Source: Microcystis aeruginosa NIES-843
Lineage (GTDB): Bacteria; Cyanobacteriota; Cyanobacteriia; Cyanobacteriales; Microcystaceae
DNA length: 32,000 bases
Reading direction: 5' to 3'
Assembly (NCBI RefSeq): GCF_000010625.1
Contig: NC_010296.1
Span: 480,001 to 512,000, forward strand
Position numbers and translations under genes: made by a program. Below the pieces are notes generated by a model, which was given only the letters and a program-made list of their open reading frames with translations, was not told the DNA's origin and did not search any database. Each line of letters starts with the position of its first letter. Within the stretch, counting starts at the first letter, position 1. Of this stretch, positions 1 to 8,238 are shown in pieces.

Positions 1-1
1 A

Positions 2-310
2 CCCCATCCCCTCGAACGTAATTTACCCCTCGAACCAGATTACAATCACGTCTGGATGGAATTTTATCTCCCCTCTATCGGTTGGGTTCCCATGGAGTCC
101 AATCCCGATGATATTTTTGAAGGTGGTCCCTATCCCAATCGTTTCTTTATGGGTTTAGCTTGGTATCACACGGAAATTGCCAAAGATATCCCCTTTGAAC
201 GAATGCTAAGTGAAGGACAACCGGTGTTAAAAACCCAAGTTCCCATCGGCGATTTAGCGATTAATCACGTTCAATTCATCATTCTTGAGGAATTAGCCCC
301 AAAAGACTAG
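2..310 (+). CDS. transglutaminase-like domain protein, C-terminal part (5' end outside window)
   Basis: The frame of ORF 56..310 stays open back to nt 2. The translation ...PDYNHVWMEFYLPSIGWVPMESNP... resembles the His-containing core of transglutaminase-like cysteine peptidase domains. Confidence 0.5.
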   Translation, partial: PHPLERNLPLEPDYNHVWMEFYLPSIGWVPMESNPDDIFEGGPYPNRFFMGLAWYHTEIAKDIPFERMLSEGQPVLKTQVPIGDLAINHVQFIILEELAPKD

Positions 311-573
311 AATTCTGAGCCATCATCTAGGATGCCCATTTCTCTATCTCTTTCTTCTTTGAGTTCTTTGACCATTTGCAAACCCGCACCCACACAGAAG
401 CCCAGGGCTGCCCCGGCACCGGCAAAATAACGTCTATAGATGATTTGATAGTTATAGGGATTTCTATAGTTGACTTGGCTGGGATTGCGTTCAATGCGGC
501 TAATGCCATAACCGATACCAGCACCAACTAAAGCCGTTACTAGGCCTGAAAATAGAACTAGACGAAGGTTCAT
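307..573 (-). CDS. small hypothetical membrane protein (two Gly-rich hydrophobic segments)
   Basis: 88-aa ORF with the hydrophobic Gly/Ala-rich stretches LVLFSGLVTALVGAGIGYGI and AGAGAALGFCVGAGL. I recognise no family. Confidence 0.4.
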   Translation of the reverse strand: MNLRLVLFSGLVTALVGAGIGYGISRIERNPSQVNYRNPYNYQIIYRRYFAGAGAALGFCVGAGLQMVKELKEERDREMGILDDGSEF

Positions 574-711
574 GATCTTATCTCCCGATAGACTCTGACT
601 TTAGATTATCGCTGAAAATTAGTTAATGGCAAGCTATCGCAATAATTTGTTAAGTAGTCGTGTCAAATCAATTTCCCTTGAGATGTGTAATTAATTTTGC
701 TTAGGTACTTA

Positions 712-1110
712 TTAAGTAAATAAACTGGCATCAACCCGAAAATATGCTCCCAAAGACCTAGCTTCTGACTGATTGATGCTGCGTTGTCCATTAATTATTT
801 GCTCCACCGCATCAGGGGAACCCAAAATAGTAATTAGCTCTGCATATTCTATATCATTAGCTTCTATAAGATGTTGTAAAGTCGCTAAAGGATTTATGTC
901 AGGAATTGGATAATTATCCGCCTCGAACCTTTCGATCAAACTAATCAATAACTCCAGTAAAGCCTCCTCCTCTAAACTAAGTTCCGAGCGATGTTCCAAC
1001 TCTTGAGCAATTGCGATCGCTCGCTCGTTTTCCGCCTCTGTGGTGATTGCTTTTGGTTGATAGTGAGCGAGTAATTCTCCATAGGTTTTAGAATTAAAAG
1101 TAAGCATCAT
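712..1110 (-). CDS. higA: HigA-type HTH antitoxin
   Basis: 132-aa ORF overlapping the upstream toxin ORF by 17 nt. The C-terminal part (AELITILGSPDAVEQIINGQRSINQSEARSLGAYF) looks like an XRE/HigA helix-turn-helix. Confidence 0.7.
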   Translation of the reverse strand: MMLTFNSKTYGELLAHYQPKAITTEAENERAIAIAQELEHRSELSLEEEALLELLISLIERFEADNYPIPDINPLATLQHLIEANDIEYAELITILGSPDAVEQIINGQRSINQSEARSLGAYFRVDASLFT

Positions 1111-1354
1111 TTTTCCAATTTTCTTTATCGTACTCGGCGTGGGTAAGAATATATTTAATATAGATAGTCTGTCGGTTATAAACTAGATCTACAATTAGAC
1201 GATAGTGATTTCCTTTAATGTTAAAAACAGTGAAATTACCAACAGATTCAGCACTTTTATAAGTGGCTTGCACATCGATTAGATTTTGCCATGCTGCTTT
1301 ACTAGCGACTCTATACCAATCATAGAGAGACTCGCAGGAATTAGCGTTGGTCAT
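1094..1354 (-). CDS. higB: HigB-type mRNA interferase toxin
   Basis: 86-aa ORF. The motif FNIKGNHYRLIV...YILTHAEYDKENW is typical of the HigB_toxin family, and the ORF forms an operon with the HTH antitoxin. Confidence 0.7.
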   Translation of the reverse strand: MTNANSCESLYDWYRVASKAAWQNLIDVQATYKSAESVGNFTVFNIKGNHYRLIVDLVYNRQTIYIKYILTHAEYDKENWKNDAYF

Positions 1355-1727
1355 ACAGAAATCGCGAAGTATTCGACGGCTAAGCTAAACGGCTTTTACT
1401 TCGGATCACCGATATAGACTCCAAAAGGGTTATAGCTGTTGGATCATGCAGGTTAAGCGCCGTTTAGCTTAATTACCCGCATAATACAAATATACCTCTG
1501 GCAGTTTCTGTCAATAGCAATTATATCTCAATATCTAGGCTAACTCAAGCCGGCGGGCTGATTTGCTCACACTTTACATCCGGTAAAATGGTAGCACTTG
1601 GGGCTAGTGGGGACGTTTTCCCGCTTACCAATTCAGATAGGCTAAATTGAGAATATCAGGGGCATTGATGCCTAAAGGGAGAGAAAATGTATTAGGCTAA
1701 AAACTAAACTATTTTGGCAAGATTTCT

Positions 1728-2498
1728 TTGAAGACCTCCTCAGCCTACTTATTGGTTTTCCACGGTAGTCGCGATCCGCGTCCAGCCATGGCGGTGACAC
1801 GATTAGCAGCCTTAGTTCAAGAAAAAATCAGTCAACCCGCCGAAAGATTGGCGAGTAAATCGGAGTTTAGCCCATCTATAGCGGTTCTAGAAGCAGATAA
1901 TCGGGTATTAGTGGGGACTGCCGCCCTAGAATTAGCGATAACACCTCTCCATCAAGAAATAGAAGCTTTTGCCCAACAAGCACAAAGCCAAGGATGTAAC
2001 CGGTTGCAGATTATCCCCCTGTTTCTCCTGTCGGGGGTTCACGTTAAAGAAGATATTCCCGCGGCCGTGGCCAAAGTGCGATCGCCGATTGAGCTAGAGT
2101 TAAAGCCCCATTTAGGCAGTTATCAGGGCATAAAATCGCTGTTATCCCGACAATTTGCTGATTTAAGCCCCCAAGACCGCATTTTACTGTCCCACGGTAG
2201 TCGTCGCCCCGGGGGTAATCGGGAAGTGGAAAATCTAGCGGCGTTTTCTGGAGCAATTACAGCTTATTGGTCGATAGAACCGAGTTTATCCCAACAAATC
2301 GAGAGTTTAATTGCTCAAGGTAGCCCAACAATTGCTATACTGCCCTATTTCCTCTTTACTGGTGCAATTACGGACGCGATCGAAGCCCAAGTTTTTGAAC
2401 TATCACAAAAGCATCCAAATGTCAATATATCTTTAGGTAAATCTTTGGGGGCGACGGGGGAATTAGCCGAGATTATTGTTGAGGAAGGATGTGGATGA
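1728..2498 (+). CDS. cbiX: sirohydrochlorin chelatase, CbiX family
   Basis: Two CbiX-like halves, each with an (L)xxHGSR motif (LLVFHGSRDPRP and ILLSHGSRRPGG). The predicted start is TTG, so the 5' end is uncertain. Confidence 0.65.
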   Translation: MKTSSAYLLVFHGSRDPRPAMAVTRLAALVQEKISQPAERLASKSEFSPSIAVLEADNRVLVGTAALELAITPLHQEIEAFAQQAQSQGCNRLQIIPLFLLSGVHVKEDIPAAVAKVRSPIELELKPHLGSYQGIKSLLSRQFADLSPQDRILLSHGSRRPGGNREVENLAAFSGAITAYWSIEPSLSQQIESLIAQGSPTIAILPYFLFTGAITDAIEAQVFELSQKHPNVNISLGKSLGATGELAEIIVEEGCG

Positions 2499-2959
2499 AG
2501 CGGGCGGCGATCGCTTTAGGCGGTAATTTAGGGGATTCAGCGACAATTTTAGGGCAAGCTTTAGGGGAATTAGAGCGAGTCAAAGGAATTACACTAGAAG
2601 CTCATTCCCAATGGTATCAAACCGCAGCCGTCGGCCCTCCTCAGCCCGATTATCTCAACGGTTGCGCCATTGTGCAAGTGGACTTATCTCCCTTAGATTT
2701 ACTGCATAAATTGTTAGAAATCGAGCAGTTATTCGGGAGAGTCCGACGGGAAAGATGGGGACCGCGTACCCTCGATTTAGACTTAATATTTTATGATGAC
2801 CTGATCTTAGAAACGCCCGAATTAAAGATACCCCATCCCCGCTGCCGAGAACGGGCCTTCGTGCTGCTTCCCCTGGCGGAAATTGCCCCCGATTGGCGAG
2901 ATCCCGTCACTGGAAAAACTATCCTTCAGCTATTGGGTCAATTGGGATTGGCGGAGTAG
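2489..2959 (+). CDS. folK: 2-amino-4-hydroxy-6-hydroxymethyldihydropteridine diphosphokinase
   Basis: HPPK hallmarks are present: AIALGGNLGD, RTLDLDLIFYDD and PHPRCRERAFVLLPLAEIAP. It overlaps the cbiX stop by 10 nt. Confidence 0.85.
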   Translation: MWMKRAAIALGGNLGDSATILGQALGELERVKGITLEAHSQWYQTAAVGPPQPDYLNGCAIVQVDLSPLDLLHKLLEIEQLFGRVRRERWGPRTLDLDLIFYDDLILETPELKIPHPRCRERAFVLLPLAEIAPDWRDPVTGKTILQLLGQLGLAE

Positions 2960-2972
2960 GATGTTAGGTGTT

Positions 2973-3006
2973 GGGGTTTTAGGGTTTTAGGGTTTTAGGG
3001 TTTTAG
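2973..3006 (+). repeat. (GGGTTTTA)x4 tandem array, G-quadruplex-type motif on + strand
   Basis: Direct reading: ggggttttagggttttagggttttagggttttag. Confidence 0.9.
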
Positions 3007-3030
3007 TTGAAATTCCCCCATCTCTCCTGC

Positions 3031-3067
3031 TCCCCACTTCCCCACTTCCCCACCTCCCCACCACCCC
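3031..3067 (+). repeat. (CCCCACTT)-type tandem array; G4-type motif on - strand
   Basis: Direct reading: tccccacttccccacttccccacctccccaccacccc. The same unit recurs at 17606-17655 and 20272-20336. Confidence 0.9.
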
Positions 3068-3145
3068 AAATAACCGCGTCTCAGTTACCGCCCCGAAACT
3101 CTACAATAAAGGCAGCAGCATCAATAAACAGTAAAAAAATCAACC

Positions 3146-4510
3146 GTGACCAAGACCCCATCGCTCGAGGAAACTCATTACAATCAGGCTAAAGCTAGTT
3201 TACAACAGGCTTTAACTTGGTATGCCAGTTTTCGCCGTCATTGGAATTATCCCCCCGATCCCCAACTTCAGGCCGCCGTTAAACAGGATTTACAGTCCCT
3301 AAAATCGGCCTTGGCTAAACTGGATGAAACGGTGATTCGGGTGGCAGCCTTCGGGTTAGTCAGTCGCGGTAAATCCTCGGTGGTAAACGCTTTAGTCGGT
3401 CAAAAAGTCCTGGCAACCGGACCCCTGCACGGGGTGACACGCTGGCCGCGATCGGTGCGTTGGACACCAGCCACGGGTAAAATCCAGATAGAATTAATCG
3501 ATACCCCCGGATTGGATGAGATTGAAGGGGAAGCGCGGGCGAATATGGCCAGAGAAGTCGCTAAAAGTGCCGATTTAATTTTATTTATCGTTGCGGGGGA
3601 TATTACCCGCACTGAATACGAGGCCTTAGGAGAATTGCGCCGGGCAAAAAAACCGATTATTTTGGTGTTTAATAAGATTGATCTCTATCCAGAAGCGGAT
3701 CGCCGTCAGATTTTTCAGCAGTTACAGAGATTAGGAACCAATCGGGACGAAAAAACGTTAGAAGATTTGTTAACTAGCGATGAGATAGTTATGGTAGCCG
3801 CCGAACCGCAACCGATTCCCGTCCGGGTGGAATACCCCGATGGGCGCGTGGTGACTGAGTGGGAAACCCCTCCCCCCCAAATTGAGGAGCTGCAAGATAA
3901 ACTCTTAACGATTTTAAATCGGGAAGGGCGATCGCTACTGGCCTTAAATGCTTTAGTGCAAGGGCAAGAAGCGGAGGAAAATATCGCTAGAAAAACCCTA
4001 GAACTCCGGGACAGTCAAGCGGAGGAAATTATCTGGCAATACGCGAAATATAAGGCTTTAGCGATTGCGGCCAATCCGATCGCTATTTTAGACCTACTAG
4101 GGGCTTCAATCGTCGATTTAACTCTAGTTCGGGCTTTAGCTCGTTTGTACGGCTTGCCGATTACCAGTCACCAAGCTGGTCAACTCTGGCGGACTCTACT
4201 TTTGAGTAGTGCGGGGTTGCTGTTGGGGGAAATCCTCGGCACTGTGATTATCGGTTTGGGCAAAACGGCGGCGGCAGCGGCGAGTATTTTTGAAAATCCC
4301 ACCTCTTTAACCCTCTACGGTAGCACCGCTCTCTTACAGGGAGCAATTGCCGCTTATGGAACCTATATCATCGGGAAAGCCGCTAAAATCTATCTAGAAC
4401 GCGGTTGTAGTTGGGGGGCATCCGGACCGAGTACGGTGATCAATCAAATTCTCGCTCAAGTTCATCCGCAAACTATTTTATATCGTTTACGTCTAGAACT
4501 AGAACAGTGA
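3146..4510 (+). CDS. membrane-associated GTPase (Era/EngA-like G domain plus hydrophobic C-terminal domain, DUF697-like)
   Basis: G1 GLVSRGKSS, G3 DTPG and G4 NKID are present. The C-terminal third is hydrophobic (LLLSSAGLLLGEILGTVIIGLG). The start is GTG. Confidence 0.7.
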   Translation: MTKTPSLEETHYNQAKASLQQALTWYASFRRHWNYPPDPQLQAAVKQDLQSLKSALAKLDETVIRVAAFGLVSRGKSSVVNALVGQKVLATGPLHGVTRWPRSVRWTPATGKIQIELIDTPGLDEIEGEARANMAREVAKSADLILFIVAGDITRTEYEALGELRRAKKPIILVFNKIDLYPEADRRQIFQQLQRLGTNRDEKTLEDLLTSDEIVMVAAEPQPIPVRVEYPDGRVVTEWETPPPQIEELQDKLLTILNREGRSLLALNALVQGQEAEENIARKTLELRDSQAEEIIWQYAKYKALAIAANPIAILDLLGASIVDLTLVRALARLYGLPITSHQAGQLWRTLLLSSAGLLLGEILGTVIIGLGKTAAAAASIFENPTSLTLYGSTALLQGAIAAYGTYIIGKAAKIYLERGCSWGASGPSTVINQILAQVHPQTILYRLRLELEQ

Positions 4511-4562
4511 TTTTAAAGGAAAAAGTAAAAAGGAAAAAAGGCAACAGTGATCAATTAAATAT

Positions 4563-4707
4563 GGTTCTTCGTTACTTGGCATGGTTCGATCGGATGGCAT
4601 AAATCGACTAAATTCTTATCTGGCAAAAGACTTAATTGATTAGTTCGTTCTAGAGGGAAAACAATTGACAAATCCCTGATAACCCCGTCCATTGCATAAC
4701 ACGAACC
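4563..4707. mobile_element. MITE-like dispersed repeat (family also at 28280-28457)
   Basis: About 145 bp sharing ggttcttcgttacttgg...ggcataaatcgactaaat...aaaacaattgacaaa...ccgtccattgcata.cac.aacc with 28280-28457. The ends are imperfectly inverted (GGTTCTTCGTTA / GGTTCGTGTTA). Confidence 0.5.
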
Positions 4708-4803
4708 ACTGACGACCGACTCCTGACTCCTGATGACCGACTCCTGATTTTAGAAACTTAATTTTTGACAACGACAACTAGCTAGAAATATTGAGAGAAA
4801 ATC

Positions 4804-5361
4804 ATGTCTGCTGCCCATAAGTCCTATATTCCCGTTCCCGTTTCTCGCCAAAAAAGCCAAGGGAGTCAACGTCGTCCCCAGTCGCGGGTAACTTCCCCCA
4901 ACCCCACTACTAAACCAGTTACTCAATCCTCCCCGACTCCCACCGTCAAACCGACGACTAAATCGGTGGCGAGAGTTCCCGTGGCCCCGACACAAAAACA
5001 ATTAGCCTCGCGTCAATTACGTTCCCTTTGTCTCCTAGAAAGAATAGTGGCCGTGATTACTTTTTGTCTGTTGGGTTCGACTCTGGGAATATATGCTTGG
5101 ACGGTATATATTCCCAAGGTTTGGGACAAAGAATTTGGTAAACTGGAAACACTGCAACGTCACGAGCGCAATCTTTTGGCCACCAATGAAACCCTTAAAC
5201 ATCAACTAGCTCAACAAGCAGAAAAACCCGAAACCGGATTAACTCATCCCCAACCCTTCCAAACTATCTTTTTACAGCGTAAATCTGCCCCTAACCTGAA
5301 ACCGGCCAACGCTTCTCAACCCCAATCTACCGTCAATTCTCGACCGAGAAGTGCCTATTAA
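4804..5361 (+). CDS. hypothetical bitopic protein, possible FtsL/DivIC-like divisome component
   Basis: It has a Pro/Thr-rich N-terminus, one TM segment (IVAVITFCLLGSTLGIYAWTVYI) and then a heptad-like segment (LETLQRHERNLLATNETLKHQLAQQAE). It lies directly upstream of ftsI. The function is inferred from architecture and position only. Confidence 0.35.
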   Translation: MSAAHKSYIPVPVSRQKSQGSQRRPQSRVTSPNPTTKPVTQSSPTPTVKPTTKSVARVPVAPTQKQLASRQLRSLCLLERIVAVITFCLLGSTLGIYAWTVYIPKVWDKEFGKLETLQRHERNLLATNETLKHQLAQQAEKPETGLTHPQPFQTIFLQRKSAPNLKPANASQPQSTVNSRPRSAY

Positions 5362-5700
5362 CAGTTATCAGTTAACAGTTAACAGTTATCAGTGGGGAAG
5401 TTAACAGTTAGCAGTTATCAGTTAAGTGGGGAGGCACAATTATGTGTAGGATGGGTTAGCGGTAGCGTAACATAATCGGGCGTTGGGTTTCATGCTTCAA
5501 CCCAACCTACGTTCATCTTATATTTAATTCCACCCACCCACTTATCAGTTATCAGTGGGTAAGTTAACAGTTATCAGATGTGAGTTTTTAAGTGTACTGA
5601 TTACTGTTTACTGTTTACTGTTTACTGCTCACTGTTTACTGTTTACTGCTCACTGATTACTGCTTACTGATTACTGATTACTGCTCACTGATAACTGAAA
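5362..5700. repeat. composite of heptamer tandem arrays (CAGTTAW)n ... (TTACTGN)n flanking an 87-bp dispersed element
   Basis: Direct reading. The left array is cagttatcagttaacagttaacagttatcag. The right array is ctgattactgtttactgtttactgtttactgctcactg...ctgataactg. The two arrays are approximately reverse complements of each other. Confidence 0.85.
5428..5514. repeat. 87-bp hairpin-forming dispersed element (second copy at 17498-17583)
   Basis: gggaggcacaattatgtgtaggatgggttagcggtagcgtaac...gggcgttgggtttcatgcttcaacccaacctacgttc is nearly identical to 17498-17583. It contains the stem gttgggtt/aacccaac and an outer stem gtagg.tgggtt/aaccca.cctac. Confidence 0.8.
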
Positions 5701-5710
5701 GATACTGCTC

Positions 5711-7564
5711 ATGACTGACACAAAAAGACCCAGATTTAGAGGTAAAAAAACTCGATCGCCCTCTGGCAGGATCCAGGACAGAAAGTCCTATTTAAACGCC
5801 AAAAAACGGCAAAAAAAGTTAAAAAATTTGCCTTTGAGTAACGGGCGATTGGTGGCGGTGTGGTTGATTTTAGTCATGGGTATTGTGGGTTTAGCTTGGC
5901 GATTGTACCAACTGCAAATAGTACAAGGACAGGAATTGCAAAAAAGAGCCAGACAACAGCAAACTACCAGTATTAGACCCTATATTCCCCGACGGGCGAT
6001 CGTCGATAGTAATGGTAATGTTTTGGCGACCGATCGCTTGATTTATACTCTTTATGTACACCCAAAACTGTTTGCGATTCCGCCGGCAGAAGTGGCTGAT
6101 AAATTAGCTCCTTTATTAAATATTCCCAGTAATCAACTGATTCAAAAATTTAAAGAAAAAGAAACAGGAATTCGTTTAGCCAATCAATTAACCGAATCCG
6201 TGGCTAGGGGCTTAAAACAATTATCTCTTGACGGTGTAGAATTAGAGGAAAAGTACGCTCGTTATTATCCCCAAGACGATGTGGCAGCCGACGTGATTGG
6301 CTATGTAGATAAAGAACATCGTGGTCAAGCAGGATTAGAGAGAGGTTCCAGTCAGTTATTAGAAAGAGATCCCTTTTCTGTCAATACAAGACGCATGGGA
6401 GACGGGCGAATTTTACCAGCTTTTGTTCCCCATGGTATCTTTCAATTTGATGAATTACAGTTAGAAGTAACCCTCGATTTAAAACTACAAAGAGCGGCGC
6501 GGACGGCCCTACGAGAACAGCTAAAAAAATTTAATGCTAAACGGGGAGCCGTCATCGTCATGGACTCCCTTGATGGTTCTCTTTTAGCCCTAGTTTGTGA
6601 GCCAACTTTTAACCCCAACGAATACTATAAAGCCAATGTGGCTCTATTTAAAAATTGGACCGTAGCCGATCAGTACGAACCGGGGTCAACTTTTAAACCA
6701 ATTATTGTCGCCATGGCCATGGAAGCGGGGGCAATTAAAGCTAATACGGTAGTCAATGATCCAGGGGCAATTACTGTCGGTCCCTGGACGATTAAAAATG
6801 CCTCTAAACAGGGTTATGGGGCGCTAGATATGGCCCGAGTCCTACAAACCTCTAGTAACGTGGCCATGGTGCAAATTGCCCAAAAAATGGGGCGAGTTGA
6901 TTTCTATAAAAGTTTATTAGGATTGGACATAAATCAAAGGGTTGGTGTAGATTTACCCGGAGAAGTATCAGGATATCTCAAACCTGAACAAGAATTTCTG
7001 GATAATGCCATTGAATCGGCCACCGCTTCCTTTGGTCAAGGTTTATCCCTAACGCCTTTAAAATTAGTACAATTGCACGGTGCGCTGGCCAATGGTGGCA
7101 CCCTGGTGACTCCCCATGTGATCAAAGGATTAGCCGACGACCGCGGCCGTTTGCACTGGCAGCCCGATTATCCAAGCAAAAAAGTCTTTTCTCCCACCGT
7201 GGCCCGGCAAGTGGTGGAAATGATGGAAACCGTCGTCAGCAAGGGGACGGGGGTAGCGGCCCAAATCCCCGGTTATCGCATCGGAGGCAAAACGGGAACC
7301 GCACAAAAAGCTAGTCCGACGGGGGGTTATCTACCTAACGCCAAAATTACCAGTTTTGTCGCGATTTTACCGATCGAATCGCCCCGTTATGTGGTTTTGG
7401 TGGTGGTGGATGAACCCAAGGGTGCCAATACTTTTGGCTCCACTGTTGCCGCTCCTGTGGCAAAAACGGTGATGAATACGCTCATTTCCCTCAAAGGTAT
7501 CCCCCCCACCTCCAAGGTCGTTCCGGCGGGTTCTGCGACCAATAAACCCCCGCGGCACGATTAA
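5711..7564 (+). CDS. ftsI: penicillin-binding protein 2/3 family transpeptidase (FtsI)
   Basis: An N-terminal TM anchor is followed by the SxxK (STFKP), SxN (SSN) and KTG (KTGT) motifs in canonical order. Confidence 0.85.
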   Translation: MTDTKRPRFRGKKTRSPSGRIQDRKSYLNAKKRQKKLKNLPLSNGRLVAVWLILVMGIVGLAWRLYQLQIVQGQELQKRARQQQTTSIRPYIPRRAIVDSNGNVLATDRLIYTLYVHPKLFAIPPAEVADKLAPLLNIPSNQLIQKFKEKETGIRLANQLTESVARGLKQLSLDGVELEEKYARYYPQDDVAADVIGYVDKEHRGQAGLERGSSQLLERDPFSVNTRRMGDGRILPAFVPHGIFQFDELQLEVTLDLKLQRAARTALREQLKKFNAKRGAVIVMDSLDGSLLALVCEPTFNPNEYYKANVALFKNWTVADQYEPGSTFKPIIVAMAMEAGAIKANTVVNDPGAITVGPWTIKNASKQGYGALDMARVLQTSSNVAMVQIAQKMGRVDFYKSLLGLDINQRVGVDLPGEVSGYLKPEQEFLDNAIESATASFGQGLSLTPLKLVQLHGALANGGTLVTPHVIKGLADDRGRLHWQPDYPSKKVFSPTVARQVVEMMETVVSKGTGVAAQIPGYRIGGKTGTAQKASPTGGYLPNAKITSFVAILPIESPRYVVLVVVDEPKGANTFGSTVAAPVAKTVMNTLISLKGIPPTSKVVPAGSATNKPPRHD

Positions 7565-7593
7565 TTTAAGTCTTTTTGAAAGAGGCTTTATTT

Positions 7594-7829
7594 AGGGTTT
7601 GCTGAAAAAGTTTGTTGGTGGGGTTAGGAGTCAGGAGTCGGTCGTCAGTAGCCGGTCGTCGGGAGTTTCAGGCTTTGTTGCCCTCTCTTTTTTGTACCAA
7701 CCCATGTACTATAATAAGGATAATGCCAGGTTTTTGATGGTCCCAATCCGATTTTTTGGCACTAACATCGGATTTTAACAGGTCAAAAGCCTTATTTTAA
7801 AAGGGTTTTACCATTATTCAGCAAGCCCT
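7594..7829. mobile_element. 236-bp MITE with AGGGYTTGCTGAA termini (same terminal family as 21749-22754 and 26119-27117)
   Basis: The left end is agggtttgctgaaaaagttt. The reverse complement of the right end is agggcttgctgaataatgg. These termini match the ends of the two 1-kb intron-bearing elements, but the interior differs. Confidence 0.6.
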
Positions 7830-8236
7830 AAATAGGCTAAAAAAGTCTCTAACATCCCTCTAGATTGATTATCTGGCATCATCCACACACCGAATTTTAT
7901 CCCCGATTCTAGAGTCATAATTAATCCCGCTGCTGGTAAATTTTGAGGTAAGCTAGGTATATTTGGTAAACAGGCATTATATAAACTTTTCCAACGATTA
8001 TCAGGTTCTTCGTCCGCATCTATGATAATTCCTAAATGAGTTAGTCCGTTAGGAGTTTTTAGTTGCGTAGAGATATATTTAGGTTTTAGTAAATTTTCAA
8101 CACCATCACAATTTATGATATTCAATGGTTCTTCCCCTCTATTCCAAGTAACTCCATTTGCTGCCATTAATTGGGGAATAACTCTCAATTCCTCTGCACC
8201 TTCCACTAATAACTTTTTTGTCTCTATTTTAGGCAT
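7814..8236 (-). CDS. TOPRIM-like small protein (DUF3226/DUF4276/DUF4435-like signature), 3'-truncated by MITE
   Basis: LLVEGAEE (the conserved Glu) and IIIDADEE (DxD) fit a TOPRIM-type acidic pattern, and GVWMMPDNQSRGMLETF resembles DUF3226 as I recall it. The start lies 2 nt after the ATPase stop. The last five codons (LGLAE) and the stop are encoded by the MITE terminus. Confidence 0.5.
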   Translation of the reverse strand: MPKIETKKLLVEGAEELRVIPQLMAANGVTWNRGEEPLNIINCDGVENLLKPKYISTQLKTPNGLTHLGIIIDADEEPDNRWKSLYNACLPNIPSLPQNLPAAGLIMTLESGIKFGVWMMPDNQSRGMLETFLAYLGLAE

Positions 8237-8238
8237 TG

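Noticed and set aside
1355-1727. Cobalamin riboswitch upstream of cbiX, and a 12-bp inverted repeat aagctaaacggc/gccgtttagctt (about 1380-1472)
   Set aside because: I could not find a B12-box-like core (GCCACTG context) or the conserved riboswitch stems. The inverted repeat alone is insufficient. A cmsearch with RF00174 would settle it.
2044-2256. Antisense or out-of-frame ORFs inside well-supported genes: 327..527, 2044..2256, 3400..3612, 4411..4602, 4750..5001, 7367..7558, 8618..8827, 12894..13163, 14093..14314, 14336..14518, 14535..14720, 16526..16762, 19131..19523, 20573..20755 and 10782..10985
   Set aside because: Each overlaps a longer ORF with clear family motifs on the other strand or in another frame, or lies in a promoter region, and none shows recognisable protein features.
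2973-3006. Telomere-like TTTAGGG-type repeat
   Set aside because: The unit is 8 nt (GGGTTTTA), there are only four copies, and the position is internal and intergenic in a bacterial-type gene context. I treated it as a G4-type microsatellite.
5445-5475. tRNA-like look of gggttagcggtagcgtaac in the 87-bp element
   Set aside because: No cloverleaf, anticodon arm or T-loop consensus (GTTCRANNC) can be drawn, and the sequence is part of a dispersed hairpin repeat.
5580-5700. Possible CRISPR array among the regularly spaced short repeats (also 20149-20423)
   Set aside because: The units are 7-8 nt tandem repeats without unique spacers of 25-40 nt. No cas genes are in the window.
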